Of a stretch of 64,000 nucleotides of DNA, positions 1 to 9,071 are shown one piece after another. The position numbers and the translations under genes were made by a program. Every line of letters begins with the position of its first letter. Position 1 is the stretch's first letter. The notes beneath the pieces were generated by a model. The model did not search any database. It was not told the DNA's origin and worked only from the letters and a program-made list of their open reading frames with translations. Source of the DNA: Gemmatimonadales bacterium (lineage in GTDB: Bacteria > Gemmatimonadota > Gemmatimonadetes > Gemmatimonadales > GWC2-71-9); assembly GCA_037189525.1 (NCBI GenBank), contig JBBCJC010000001.1:704001-768000 (forward strand), written 5' to 3'.

Positions 1-712
1 ACCGCGGCCGCGCGCCATAGTTGCACTGGGCTAGCACACCAAGCGTATAGCTCCCGCCGCCGACATTGATGACGCGTGATGCGGTACCGATCCCTGCCTT
101 GAATCCATGGCAGATCATGCCTGTCCCGCCCCCGACATTGCCTTCGGCCACCGGTCCGCTCTTCGCCGCATCGAGCGCGGCAAGCACATGCGGCCGCTGG
201 ACATGGAAACCGTTCATGTCGTTGAGGAGAGCGTCGGCTGTTTCGGCCACTACCGGCAACGCAAAGGAAAAACCGGGGCGGTGACCCAGCATCCACTCGA
301 CGGCCGCGTCGCGCGCCACGCCAACGCTGTGGGTGTTGGTGATCAGGACCGGTGTGTCGAGAATGCCCGACTCTTCCAGCCACGCGACACCGGTCATCTC
401 GCCGTTGCCGTTCAGTCGATACCAGGAAGCGAAGGTGCTGTCCGGCCCCGCCTGCCCCCGCGGCAGGATGGCCGTCACCCCGGTGCGCACCGGGCCTTTG
501 CCTCTGACCAGCCGGCCGGACCCTTCGATGATGGTGGTGTGTCCGACGGCGACACCCGCGACATCGGTGATGGCATTGAGCGGCCCCGGCGTTCCCGGCA
601 ACACCACGCCGAGATCCCGGGCACGGACTCCGGGCTGAGCCAAGGCGGGGGCTGACATCAGCAGCACGACAGCGAGGCCCGGCAGGCTGCGCCGGAGAGC
701 GGTCAACGACAT
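1..712 (-). CDS. dmpA: P1/S58 family aminopeptidase (DmpA-like) with signal peptide; runs off the window start (partial)
   Basis: Not in the ORF track. My translation from ATG 712 (GGAG upstream) gives MSLTALRRSLPGLAVVLLMSAPALAQPGVRARDLGVVLPGTPGPLNAITDVAGVAVGHTT...GPVRTGVTAILPR, the typical DmpA N-terminus. Confidence 0.85.
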   Translation of the reverse strand, partial: MSLTALRRSLPGLAVVLLMSAPALAQPGVRARDLGVVLPGTPGPLNAITDVAGVAVGHTTIIEGSGRLVRGKGPVRTGVTAILPRGQAGPDSTFASWYRLNGNGEMTGVAWLEESGILDTPVLITNTHSVGVARDAAVEWMLGHRPGFSFALPVVAETADALLNDMNGFHVQRPHVLAALDAAKSGPVAEGNVGGGTGMICHGFKAGIGTASRVINVGGGSYTLGVLAQCNYGARPR

Positions 713-792
713 CGATGACTCCAGGAATGGACGGTGCAGAATCTAGCCGGGAATCGGTGGTTCTAAATCCGCGGCGAAGCCAGGACCTCGTC

Positions 793-821
793 TTGACAGG
801 GGCAGATCCATCGAGCAAGCT
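793..821 (+). promoter_or_regulatory. Putative sigma70 promoter for the amidohydrolase pair
   Basis: TTGACA (793-798), 17 nt spacer, CAAGCT (816-821), about 90 nt before the ATG at 912. Confidence 0.5.
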
Positions 822-911
822 ACCCACGTTACAGATCCGTCGGCCTTCGCGCCAATCAGGTCCCAATCCGTTCGCGGTTCGCGCCGCGGGCATCCATCAC
901 GTCAGGACATC

Positions 912-2219
912 ATGATCCGATCACTTGCAAGCGTGCTGACTCTCGCGACCGTGTTCGGTCTCGGGACACTCGACGCCCAGGACCGCCCCAGGGCATTTCG
1001 GGGCGCTCACATCATCCCCATTGCCGGGCCGGAAATCCCGAACGGCGTGCTGATCGTTCAGGGCGGTAAGATCACCGCCGTCGGCGCCGCTGGCTCGGTT
1101 TCGATCCCCTCCGGGGCCGAGGTCGTCGATGTCTCCGGTAAAGTCATCATGCCAGGCCTGGTCGACACCCATTCACACCTGGGGAGTGGCGACGGGGGCG
1201 ACCGCTCCTCCAGTCTCCACTCCGATGTTCGGATTCTGGATGCGATGGACGCGGCCGACCCCGGATTTCAGCGGGCGCGCGCCGGCGGACTCACGACCAT
1301 CAACGTCATGCCGGGTTCGGGCCTGCTGATCAGCGGACAGACCGCGTACATCAAACTCAAGCAGGGCCGAATCATTACCGATCTGCTGTACTGCAGCGAT
1401 CCGATCACGGAGATCTGCGGCGGACTCAAGATGGCCAACGGCACCAACCCGCGCGGCACTCCCCCGGCGCCGGGTACCCGGGCCAAGGCAGCTGCGCTGG
1501 TGCGCGCCAAGTTCGTCGCTGCGCAGGAGTATCGCGATAAGATCCGGGCGGCCGGCAGCGACTCCAGCAAGCGGCCCCGGCGCGACCTGGAACTCGAGAC
1601 CCTCGCGGACGTGCTGGACGGGCGGCGAACGGTCCACTTCCACACCCACCGGCACGACGATATCCTCACCGTGCTCCGTCTCAAGCAGGAGTTCGGATTC
1701 CGGCTGGTGCTGCAGCACGTGAGTGAGGGCTGGAAGGTTGCGAAGGAAATCGCGGAAGCCAAAGTACCTGCCTCGGTCATCATGATCGATGCGCCGGGCG
1801 GCAAACTCGAGGCGGTCGGGATGAGCCTGACCACGCCGTTCGTGATCGACAGCGCGGGCGCCCTGGTCGGCTTCCACACCGACGACGGTATTACCGATTC
1901 ACGCTTCTTCCTCCGCTCGGCGGGCCTGGCCGTACGCGCCGGGATGCCGCGCACCAAGGCACTGCACGCCATGACGCTGGCCGGCGCCATCATGCTCGAC
2001 CTGGACAAGCGGGTCGGCAGCCTCGAACGGGGCAAGGACGCCGACTTCATCATCCTCTCGGGCGATCCGCTGTCTGTCTACTCCCACGTCGAGCAGACCT
2101 GGGTACTCGGCAACAAAGTCTTCGATCTGTCCGACCCGAAAGACCGCGTCTTTGCCTATGGCGGCCGCGGCTCCAACTCTGCGGGCAGCATCCTGCACGT
2201 TCACGAGGACCACGACTGA
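912..2219 (+). CDS. Secreted amidohydrolase family protein with intact metal-binding motifs
   Basis: Signal peptide; PGLVDTHSH (HxH), LKMA, FHTHR, LQHVSE, FHTDD, GSLERGKDAD. Confidence 0.85.
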   Translation: MIRSLASVLTLATVFGLGTLDAQDRPRAFRGAHIIPIAGPEIPNGVLIVQGGKITAVGAAGSVSIPSGAEVVDVSGKVIMPGLVDTHSHLGSGDGGDRSSSLHSDVRILDAMDAADPGFQRARAGGLTTINVMPGSGLLISGQTAYIKLKQGRIITDLLYCSDPITEICGGLKMANGTNPRGTPPAPGTRAKAAALVRAKFVAAQEYRDKIRAAGSDSSKRPRRDLELETLADVLDGRRTVHFHTHRHDDILTVLRLKQEFGFRLVLQHVSEGWKVAKEIAEAKVPASVIMIDAPGGKLEAVGMSLTTPFVIDSAGALVGFHTDDGITDSRFFLRSAGLAVRAGMPRTKALHAMTLAGAIMLDLDKRVGSLERGKDADFIILSGDPLSVYSHVEQTWVLGNKVFDLSDPKDRVFAYGGRGSNSAGSILHVHEDHD

Positions 2220-3436
2220 TGCGCAACTCACTTCTGTGCGCGATTGCGCTTGCGAGCCTCGTAGCGCCGGCCGCATTTGCCCAGGTAGCAGTGCGCGGCG
2301 AAACCGTGCATACCATGGCCGGCGCGCCAATCCAGAACGGCGTCGTCCTGATCGGCCGGAACGGCAAGATCGAACGAGTCGGACCTGCTTCGAGCATCTC
2401 GATTCCCAACGGCTACCGAACCCTCTCGGCCAAGATCGTCACGCCCGGCCTGATCGATGCGCATACGGTGGTCGGCCTGGCCGGCTACCTCAATCAGCCG
2501 CATGACCAGGATCAGCTCGATCGCACCAACGCGATCCAGCCCGAACTCCGTGCTTTCGACGCCTACAATGCAGAGGAAGCGCTGGTCGAGTATCTGCGTA
2601 CCATGGGCGTGACGACACTGCACACCGGTCATGGCCCCGGCGCACTGATGAGCGGACAAACCATGATCGTGAAGACCCGCGGCCGTAACGTGGGTGAGGC
2701 GCTGGTCGACTCGGTCACCATGGTGGCGATGACGCTGGGACCGGAGGTCAGCCAGAACTTTGCCGGCCGCCCGGGTACGCGCAGCAAGGGGATGGCGCTG
2801 ATCCGCGCGGAGCTGATCAAGGGGCAGGAATACGCCCGAAATCGGAAGAACGCGACGGCCGACAAGCCCGTCACCCGCGACCTCAAGCTCGAGATCCTGG
2901 CCGACCTGCTCGAAGGCAAGGTCAAAGGCCTCGTGACGGCCAACCGGGTGAGCGAGATCCTGGCGGCCCTCCGGCTCCAGAAGGAGTTCGGCTTCCCGCT
3001 GGTGCTCGACGGCGCGGCCGAGTCGTACCTGGTGATCGATGAGATCAAGGCGGCGGGTGTGCCGGTGATCATTCACCCGACCATGGCGCGCCATGGCGGG
3101 ACGCTTCAGAACGCCACGTTCGAAACCGCCAAACTGCTGCGCGATGCCGGCATCCCGGTTGCTCTGCAGAGCGGATTCGAAGGCTATGTTCCGAAGACGC
3201 GGGTGGTGCTGTTCGAGGCGGCCATTGCGGCGGGCTACGGCCTTTCGTTCCAGGAAGCGCTGAACACGATCACCCTGGGCGCGGCGCGGATCCTGGGTAT
3301 CGCGAATCGGGTCGGGTCGCTCGAAGCCGGTAAGGACGGCGACGTGGCGCTGTTCGACGGTGATCCGTTCGAGTATCAGACGCGGGTTTGTGGTGTGGTG
3401 ATCGAAGGTGCGGTCGTGAGCGAGCGCTGTATCTGA
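2219..3436 (+). CDS. Secreted amidohydrolase-fold protein, metal ligands largely lost
   Basis: TGATG coupling to the upstream paralog; PGLIDAHT and GSLEAGKDGD retained; most ligand positions substituted. Confidence 0.8.
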   Translation: MRNSLLCAIALASLVAPAAFAQVAVRGETVHTMAGAPIQNGVVLIGRNGKIERVGPASSISIPNGYRTLSAKIVTPGLIDAHTVVGLAGYLNQPHDQDQLDRTNAIQPELRAFDAYNAEEALVEYLRTMGVTTLHTGHGPGALMSGQTMIVKTRGRNVGEALVDSVTMVAMTLGPEVSQNFAGRPGTRSKGMALIRAELIKGQEYARNRKNATADKPVTRDLKLEILADLLEGKVKGLVTANRVSEILAALRLQKEFGFPLVLDGAAESYLVIDEIKAAGVPVIIHPTMARHGGTLQNATFETAKLLRDAGIPVALQSGFEGYVPKTRVVLFEAAIAAGYGLSFQEALNTITLGAARILGIANRVGSLEAGKDGDVALFDGDPFEYQTRVCGVVIEGAVVSERCI

Positions 3437-3444
3437 TCAAATGG

Positions 3445-3480
3445 GATGGCGGCCGGCTCCTCTCGAGAGCGGCCGCCATC
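3445..3480. terminator. Hairpin between convergent genes (probable bidirectional terminator)
   Basis: GATGGCGGCCG (3445-3455) pairs with CGGCCGCCATC (3470-3480). Confidence 0.6.
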
Positions 3481-3501
3481 GCTACACTCGGCCTTACCAG
3501 A

Positions 3502-6105
3502 CTACCAATCGACGGCGAACTTGACGGTAAACGTTCGCGGTAGCGGAATTACCTCCCGATCGAGCGGCGCGTACTCATGGGCCCGTTGGCGAACCTCCGG
3601 GTCCCAGTATCGGAAGCCTGAGATCGTGAACAGGTTGCGCGCGGTCAAGCTCAGAGACACACGTTCGGCGCTGAGCCATCGCGCCAACCCACCGGAGGTC
3701 TGCCAGGCCAGCGCGAGTTCCCGCATCCGGCCGAACGAGGCATCGCGCAGAAAGTAGGTCTCTGGCTGGGCGAAGGCGGCGGCTTGTTCCTGGATCGAGG
3801 ACGACGGGTCGTTGGCCTCACGGCATGCGGCGTAAAAGCACTGCGCCATCGCCATGTAGCCTTCCGACCAATGTCCCCCCAGATAGTCGAAATGTCCGAG
3901 TAGGGAGACAGCACCGAATCGAAGCGTCCGTGTCACATCGAACCATACGCCCGCCGTTCGTGTGGGAATGGAGGATCCCCGCGGACCGAAAGACGTCGGG
4001 GCCGTGACTTGATACTCGGCTGCCGACAAGAGGCCGTCGCCGTCGAGATCCCTCACGTCTCCCATTGGCCAACCACATCGCGAGAACGGGTGGTGGCCCT
4101 CGTAGTAACTGCAGACACCAGGCGCAACGCTCGGCGGCGTTCCTTCACCACTCGACTTCAACGTGCTGGAGAGCAGCGCCCCGACGAATCCGGTGCGCAG
4201 CTGCCACGTCGGACCTCTCGCGAGCCAGGCCGTCGCGTCGACCTCGATACCAGTGTTGGCGATTTCCGCGCCGACATTAGTGGTAACGGTTCTCAATACC
4301 ATAGATGAGAAATCGAGCCTCGAACCCCATCCGTCGGTGGTACGCTGGGAGAAGCCGACCACCCCGACGTCCCACCACCCGCCGGGATCGCGGGTGCGGA
4401 GCCCGGCCTCCAGCTCTCGCGTTCGCTCCGGTTTCATTTCCCGAACCAGCTCAGGCCCCACCGTGATTGCTGGGGAAATCATCGGACCATCCACATCCGG
4501 CCGCCGTGCGGCAACGCCGAGCGCGACGTGCCCGGAGACCATACCGGTCCACCAGCCGCGCAGGTTGTATCCCCAAATCGGCGCTTCCCATCGCTCGAAG
4601 CGGCGGGCCTCATCGCGGCGCACCACCCCGCTCACGCCGACCCGACCGTCGCGCGTGGTCAGATCGGTGCGCAGCGCTCCCCCCGCCACACGGTACGCAT
4701 CCTCCATCCAGGCTTCCGTACCGCTGTCGCCATACCCCTCACGTATGTATCGGGTCGGCTGACGATCGCGCATCTGGTACGCCGGCGCCACCGTCAACCG
4801 AACCGGGCCGAGATCCACCGCCTGACTGAGCCCCAGCTCGAGCTGGACCTGATCGTCCTGATAAGCAAGCGAGTCAACCCGGATCAGGTTCTGCCCTCCG
4901 AAGGTGAACGTGTCCGGTGCCGCAATGCGTTGGTGGTGGCGATCCCATACCCCAGCCACCCGAAGCCAGGACCGGAAGTGCCGGGTCGGTTCCCAGGTTA
5001 CACCCGCGGACACGACGCGACGCAACAGCTCGCGATCGGATGCGCGACGATAGAAATCCGCCGGCCTGAGCAGGTCTCCCGTAATCCACGCCGCGGAATC
5101 CGGATACCTGGGGTCGGCCAGGTAATTCATCAAGAACGTTCCACCACCCGACGGCATACGCGGCGTCGCGGGCGTGAGCACCGTTTGCCGGGCCACGTTC
5201 CCTGCCACGGCAACCGACACGCCTTTCCCCAGATCGAGATCGATGGACCCGCGGCCGAACAACTCGCCTAGGCGATCGGGTCGAGCCAGGCGCGCAGCCT
5301 GATCACCGATCACCGTCTCGAGCCGCGCGCGTTCGCTGGGGGGCAGGTCAATTGCCCCGCGCCCACTGCTCCAGCGACCGCTTGCTGCGTAGCGCAGCCG
5401 CCCCGTCGTGCCCCTGGCGCCCAGGCGGAAACGGCCATGCGTTCCCGTCCCAGCCTGGCGGATGAGCGGATCAGTCGCCCCGTTTCGCAGCAGGAGCTGA
5501 CCGGGCTCGCAGGCACGGAGCGCCTGCGACATGAGCGGGCAGCCGCCCGGACCGCCCCCCGCCGCGGTCGTGAAATAGTTTGGCAAGCCGAAGTCAAACG
5601 GGGTACTGCTCGCACCCCATTCTGATCCCGCCGAGAATCGCGTACCGGGACTGCCGCGCCTGGTGGTCACACGGATCACGCCGTTGACCAGCCCCGCGCC
5701 GCGCCCCACCCCGGTCGTCAGGCCCGGTTCGACCTCGATGCGGTCGATCTCATCGGGGTCGAGCAGGTCGAGCAGAGGGACGAACAACAGCTGCGTACCG
5801 CCGAGCCCCGCAGCCGGCTGCACGGGCAGGATCACGCCATCGATCTCGAGCGCCGGATCGTTGGAGAACAGCAGGCTTCGCCAGCCCCGCATCCGCAACA
5901 GGCCGCCCGTACTGGAGAGCCCATCGGGTCGCAACATCGTCGCGCCGGCGAAGCGTCCCCCAATGGCTTCGGTGAGGTTCGGAACGGTGACCCGGTCGGT
6001 CGGCACGCGCGACGGGGCGGGTGGTGTACTGTCGGACTGCGCACTGAGGGGCTGGCCAGCAAGCACAAGAGCCAGCCCTGTGACGATGCCTCGGTAAATG
6101 GTCAT
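3502..6105 (-). CDS. SusC/RagA-like TonB-dependent outer-membrane receptor (divergent)
   Basis: Signal peptide; plug motifs LRMRGWRSLLFSNDPALEIDGV, LDPDEIDRIEV, NGVIRVTTRRG; barrel motifs MKPERTRELEAG and RMRELAL...RNLFT; C-terminal aromatic residue (W). Confidence 0.8.
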   Translation of the reverse strand: MTIYRGIVTGLALVLAGQPLSAQSDSTPPAPSRVPTDRVTVPNLTEAIGGRFAGATMLRPDGLSSTGGLLRMRGWRSLLFSNDPALEIDGVILPVQPAAGLGGTQLLFVPLLDLLDPDEIDRIEVEPGLTTGVGRGAGLVNGVIRVTTRRGSPGTRFSAGSEWGASSTPFDFGLPNYFTTAAGGGPGGCPLMSQALRACEPGQLLLRNGATDPLIRQAGTGTHGRFRLGARGTTGRLRYAASGRWSSGRGAIDLPPSERARLETVIGDQAARLARPDRLGELFGRGSIDLDLGKGVSVAVAGNVARQTVLTPATPRMPSGGGTFLMNYLADPRYPDSAAWITGDLLRPADFYRRASDRELLRRVVSAGVTWEPTRHFRSWLRVAGVWDRHHQRIAAPDTFTFGGQNLIRVDSLAYQDDQVQLELGLSQAVDLGPVRLTVAPAYQMRDRQPTRYIREGYGDSGTEAWMEDAYRVAGGALRTDLTTRDGRVGVSGVVRRDEARRFERWEAPIWGYNLRGWWTGMVSGHVALGVAARRPDVDGPMISPAITVGPELVREMKPERTRELEAGLRTRDPGGWWDVGVVGFSQRTTDGWGSRLDFSSMVLRTVTTNVGAEIANTGIEVDATAWLARGPTWQLRTGFVGALLSSTLKSSGEGTPPSVAPGVCSYYEGHHPFSRCGWPMGDVRDLDGDGLLSAAEYQVTAPTSFGPRGSSIPTRTAGVWFDVTRTLRFGAVSLLGHFDYLGGHWSEGYMAMAQCFYAACREANDPSSSIQEQAAAFAQPETYFLRDASFGRMRELALAWQTSGGLARWLSAERVSLSLTARNLFTISGFRYWDPEVRQRAHEYAPLDREVIPLPRTFTVKFAVDW

Positions 6106-6179
6106 GGGGACGACGACGCTCTGCCTCTCGGGAAGGAGGTGCCGACCTGTCAGGCCGGCCTTGAACCTATCCTGCCAAG

Positions 6180-7397
6180 TTAGACCCGCTCCAGAATCGC
6201 CGCCATCCCCTGCCCGACGCCGATACAGAGCGCCACCAGCGCATAGCGCAGCTTCCGCTCCTCCAGTTCACGAACCGCGGTAAGTACGAGCCGCGCACCC
6301 GACATACCAAGCGGATGACCCAGCGCGATTGCGCCGCCGTTGGGATTGAGCCGCGGATCGTCGTCCGCAATGCCCAGCTCGCGGGTACAGGAGAGCACCT
6401 GCGCAGCAAAGGCCTCGTTGATTTCGATCAGATCCATTTGATCGAGCGTGAGTTCGGTCCGCGCCAGCAGCTTCCGGATCGCAAAGACCGGCCCGATCCC
6501 CATGATCCTGGGCTCGACCCCGGCCACCGCCGTGGCCACGATCCGGGCCTTGGGAATCAATCCGGCCCGGGCCGCTCCGGCCTCCGAGGCGAGCAGGAGC
6601 GCCGCGGCCCCGTCATTGAGCCCGGAGGCGTTGCCCGCCGTGACTGACCCCTTCCCGTCGGTGCGGAACGCCGGCTTGAGGCGCGCTAGCCCTTCGAGCG
6701 TCGAATCCGGGCGGATGAACTCATCGTGTTCGAAGAGGGTCGGCTCCTTGCCCTTACCCGCCGCGGGAATGGGTACTCCGACGATTTCCTTGGCAAACCG
6801 TCCGCGCGAGCGCGCCGCCGCCGCATTCTGCTGCGACCTGAGCGCGAACTTGTCCTGGTCTTCCCGGCTGATGGACCGGGTCTCCAACAGGTTCTCGGCG
6901 GTCTGGCCCATCGCGTCGACCCCGTAGGCCTCCTTCATCTTGGGATTGACGAACCGCCACCCCAGGCTGGTGTCGAATATCTCGATGTCCCGGGCAAAGG
7001 GCCGAGCCGCTTTGCCGAGCACGAAGGGAGCCCGGGTCATCTGCTCAACCCCGCCGGCGATATAGAGGTCGCCCTCCCCCACCGCGATGGCCCGCGCCGC
7101 ATTGGCCACCGCGCCGAGCCCGGAGGCGCAGAGCCGATTGACCGTTTCTCCCGGTACCGACGTCGGCAGCCCGGCCAGGAGCCCGGCCATCCGGGCCACG
7201 TTCCGGTTGTCCTCGCCGGCCTGGTTGGCGCAACCGAGAATGACGTCCGCGATTTGGGTGGGGTCGAGCCCGGGGTGGCGAGCTACCAGGCTCCGAATGG
7301 TGTGAGCAGCGAGGTCGTCGGCCCGAACCGGCGACAGGGCACCACCAAGAGATCCGATCGGCGTCCGAACGCCGTCTACGACGAAGGCATGTGACAT
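6180..7397 (-). CDS. paaJ: 3-oxoadipyl-CoA / 3-oxo-5,6-dehydrosuberyl-CoA thiolase (PaaJ/PcaF)
   Basis: GCANQAGEDNRNVARM, NRLCASG, NEAFA, GHPLG, CIGVGQG; divergent from paaGHI. Confidence 0.9.
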   Translation of the reverse strand: MSHAFVVDGVRTPIGSLGGALSPVRADDLAAHTIRSLVARHPGLDPTQIADVILGCANQAGEDNRNVARMAGLLAGLPTSVPGETVNRLCASGLGAVANAARAIAVGEGDLYIAGGVEQMTRAPFVLGKAARPFARDIEIFDTSLGWRFVNPKMKEAYGVDAMGQTAENLLETRSISREDQDKFALRSQQNAAAARSRGRFAKEIVGVPIPAAGKGKEPTLFEHDEFIRPDSTLEGLARLKPAFRTDGKGSVTAGNASGLNDGAAALLLASEAGAARAGLIPKARIVATAVAGVEPRIMGIGPVFAIRKLLARTELTLDQMDLIEINEAFAAQVLSCTRELGIADDDPRLNPNGGAIALGHPLGMSGARLVLTAVRELEERKLRYALVALCIGVGQGMAAILERV

Positions 7398-7478
7398 GAC
7401 AGGAAAATAGCCGCGCCGCGTGACTCACCCCATTGCACCGATGGGGACTAGGACGACGTGAGGCTGTGCGATAGCTAC

Positions 7479-7763
7479 CTATCGCTTCGACACCTGCTCC
7501 CGATAGACCTCGAGCACGCGCTTCATGAGGCGTTGATACCCTCCCTTTCCCGCATGCTGCTTGTACCAGGCAAGGGTGTCCTGGGCCAGCCGGATCGAGA
7601 TGGCTTTGGTGGGCTCGACGAGGCGGACCGTCGACCAGTCGATATCATCTGGAATATCCGGGTCTCGCACTGCCTCGATCTCCTCGTCCGTCATGGCATC
7701 GAGTCGAGCGCGATCGACCCGCCCCAAGCCTGGACCGACCCGCGTCCTACGAACCTTGTGCAT
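7479..7763 (-). CDS. brnA: BrnA antitoxin (type II toxin-antitoxin)
   Basis: C-terminal ISIRL..DTLAWYK...GYQRLMKRVL signature; overlaps brnT. Confidence 0.85.
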   Translation of the reverse strand: MHKVRRTRVGPGLGRVDRARLDAMTDEEIEAVRDPDIPDDIDWSTVRLVEPTKAISIRLAQDTLAWYKQHAGKGGYQRLMKRVLEVYREQVSKR

Positions 7764-8013
7764 ACAGTGTGCGCTCCTTGCGTGTACTGAGGCGAGCAGA
7801 AATGATCCGCCGCGCTGTGTCGCGATCCGTATACACCACGGTCAGCGCTCGACCATCGACCATACCCACGGCGACCATCCGTACCTCGCCGTATTCCCGC
7901 GGGTACTCCCACTCGACCGTCGGCCCGAGAAAAATGCGGACTGCGAAGCCGAAGTCGAAGCCACGCTTCTGGAGGCACCGCTCGGACTTGTCGGGGTCGT
8001 ATTCGACGATCAT
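7747..8013 (-). CDS. brnT: BrnT ribonuclease toxin
   Basis: EYDPDKS...KRGFDF...YGEVR..AVG...LTVVYTDR...RIISAR...KER signature. Confidence 0.9.
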   Translation of the reverse strand: MIVEYDPDKSERCLQKRGFDFGFAVRIFLGPTVEWEYPREYGEVRMVAVGMVDGRALTVVYTDRDTARRIISARLSTRKERTLYAQGS

Positions 8014-8016
8014 TCG

Positions 8017-8045
8017 AGTATATACAAATACATATACACGATCAA
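8017..8045 (-). promoter_or_regulatory. brnTA promoter with overlapping inverted-repeat operator
   Basis: Minus strand TTGATC-N17-TATACT ending 3 nt before the ATG; GTATAT-N8-ATATAC inverted repeat (8018-8037); AT-rich island. Confidence 0.65.
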
Positions 8046-8291
8046 TAGCAGAGTGTTTAGGACGGCGAGCGACGCACTATCGGCCGAAGGACCGGTTTTG
8101 CCCCAAATGTCAGGCGCACCGATCAACCGATCCTCATCCCGTCCGCAACCCCGGATGAGACCGAGCCGTAATCGCTGCAACCACTGGGGCGGGCTGCGTC
8201 CGGGTCGCGCCCGCTCAGGTGCCTCAGATCCTGGGCTCGTGCTAAACTTCGGAGTTGTCCATTTGCCGTCCCACAACGAATCAGGACCCCG

Positions 8292-9068
8292 ATGAGCCAG
8301 GACTCCGTCCTCCTCGAGCGCCGCGATGCGGTCGCCCGCGTGACCCTCAACCGACCGGACGTTCTCAACAGCTTCGACAACCCGATGTTCGAGCGGTTCC
8401 TCGCCGTCCTGGATGAGATCCGGGCCGATCGCTCGCTTCGGGCCGTCTACCTGACAGGCGCGGGTCGAGGGTTCTGCGCCGGGCAGGACATCAGTGGCGG
8501 GGTTCCAGCAGGCCCCTACGGCACCCATCTCGAAAAGCACTGGAATCCGGTCGCGCGCGGACTTCGGACCCTCGACATCCCGGTCGTGGCCGCCGTGAAC
8601 GGTGTCGCAGCCGGGGCCGGCGCCAACGTGGCCCTGGCCGCCGACTTCGTGATCGCGGCCGAGGAGGCGTCATTCATCCAGGCATTCGTGAACATCGGCC
8701 TGGTTCCCGACACCGCCGGCACCTGGACCCTGCCCCGCCGAGTCGGTTACGCACGCGCCGCGGCGCTGCTGATGCTGGGCGACAAGCTGCCCGCCAAGCA
8801 GGCAGCCGATTGGGGACTGATCCTGAAGGCGGTGCCACTTGCCAACCTGGAAGCCGAAGCCTGGGGGCTGGCTCAACGCCTGGCCGCGATGCCGACCCTC
8901 GCCATCGGGCTCACCAAGCGCCTGCTCGACGCGTCGGCCACCAACACGCTGGAGCAGCAGTTGGCGCTCGAGGCCGAGTATCAGACCATTGCCGGTAACA
9001 GCGCCGACCACGCCGAGGGCGTCGCCGCTTTCCGTGAGAAGCGGAAACCCGCCTTCGGAGGCAAGTAA
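8292..9068 (+). CDS. paaG: Ring-1,2-epoxyphenylacetyl-CoA isomerase (crotonase family)
   Basis: TLNRPD.LNSF, GRGFCAGQD, VNGVAAGAGANVALAAD, GLVPD; operon with paaH and paaI. Confidence 0.85.
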   Translation: MSQDSVLLERRDAVARVTLNRPDVLNSFDNPMFERFLAVLDEIRADRSLRAVYLTGAGRGFCAGQDISGGVPAGPYGTHLEKHWNPVARGLRTLDIPVVAAVNGVAAGAGANVALAADFVIAAEEASFIQAFVNIGLVPDTAGTWTLPRRVGYARAAALLMLGDKLPAKQAADWGLILKAVPLANLEAEAWGLAQRLAAMPTLAIGLTKRLLDASATNTLEQQLALEAEYQTIAGNSADHAEGVAAFREKRKPAFGGK

Positions 9069-9071
9069 GCG

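Noticed and set aside
107..655. Plus-strand ORFs at the window start
   Set aside because: They are antisense shadows of the minus-strand DmpA-like gene.
8017..8026. Identical AGTATATACA in the brnT promoter and the arsR promoter (52809-52818), suggesting co-regulation
   Set aside because: Explained by AT-rich -10 regions plus separate palindromic operators; flanks differ.
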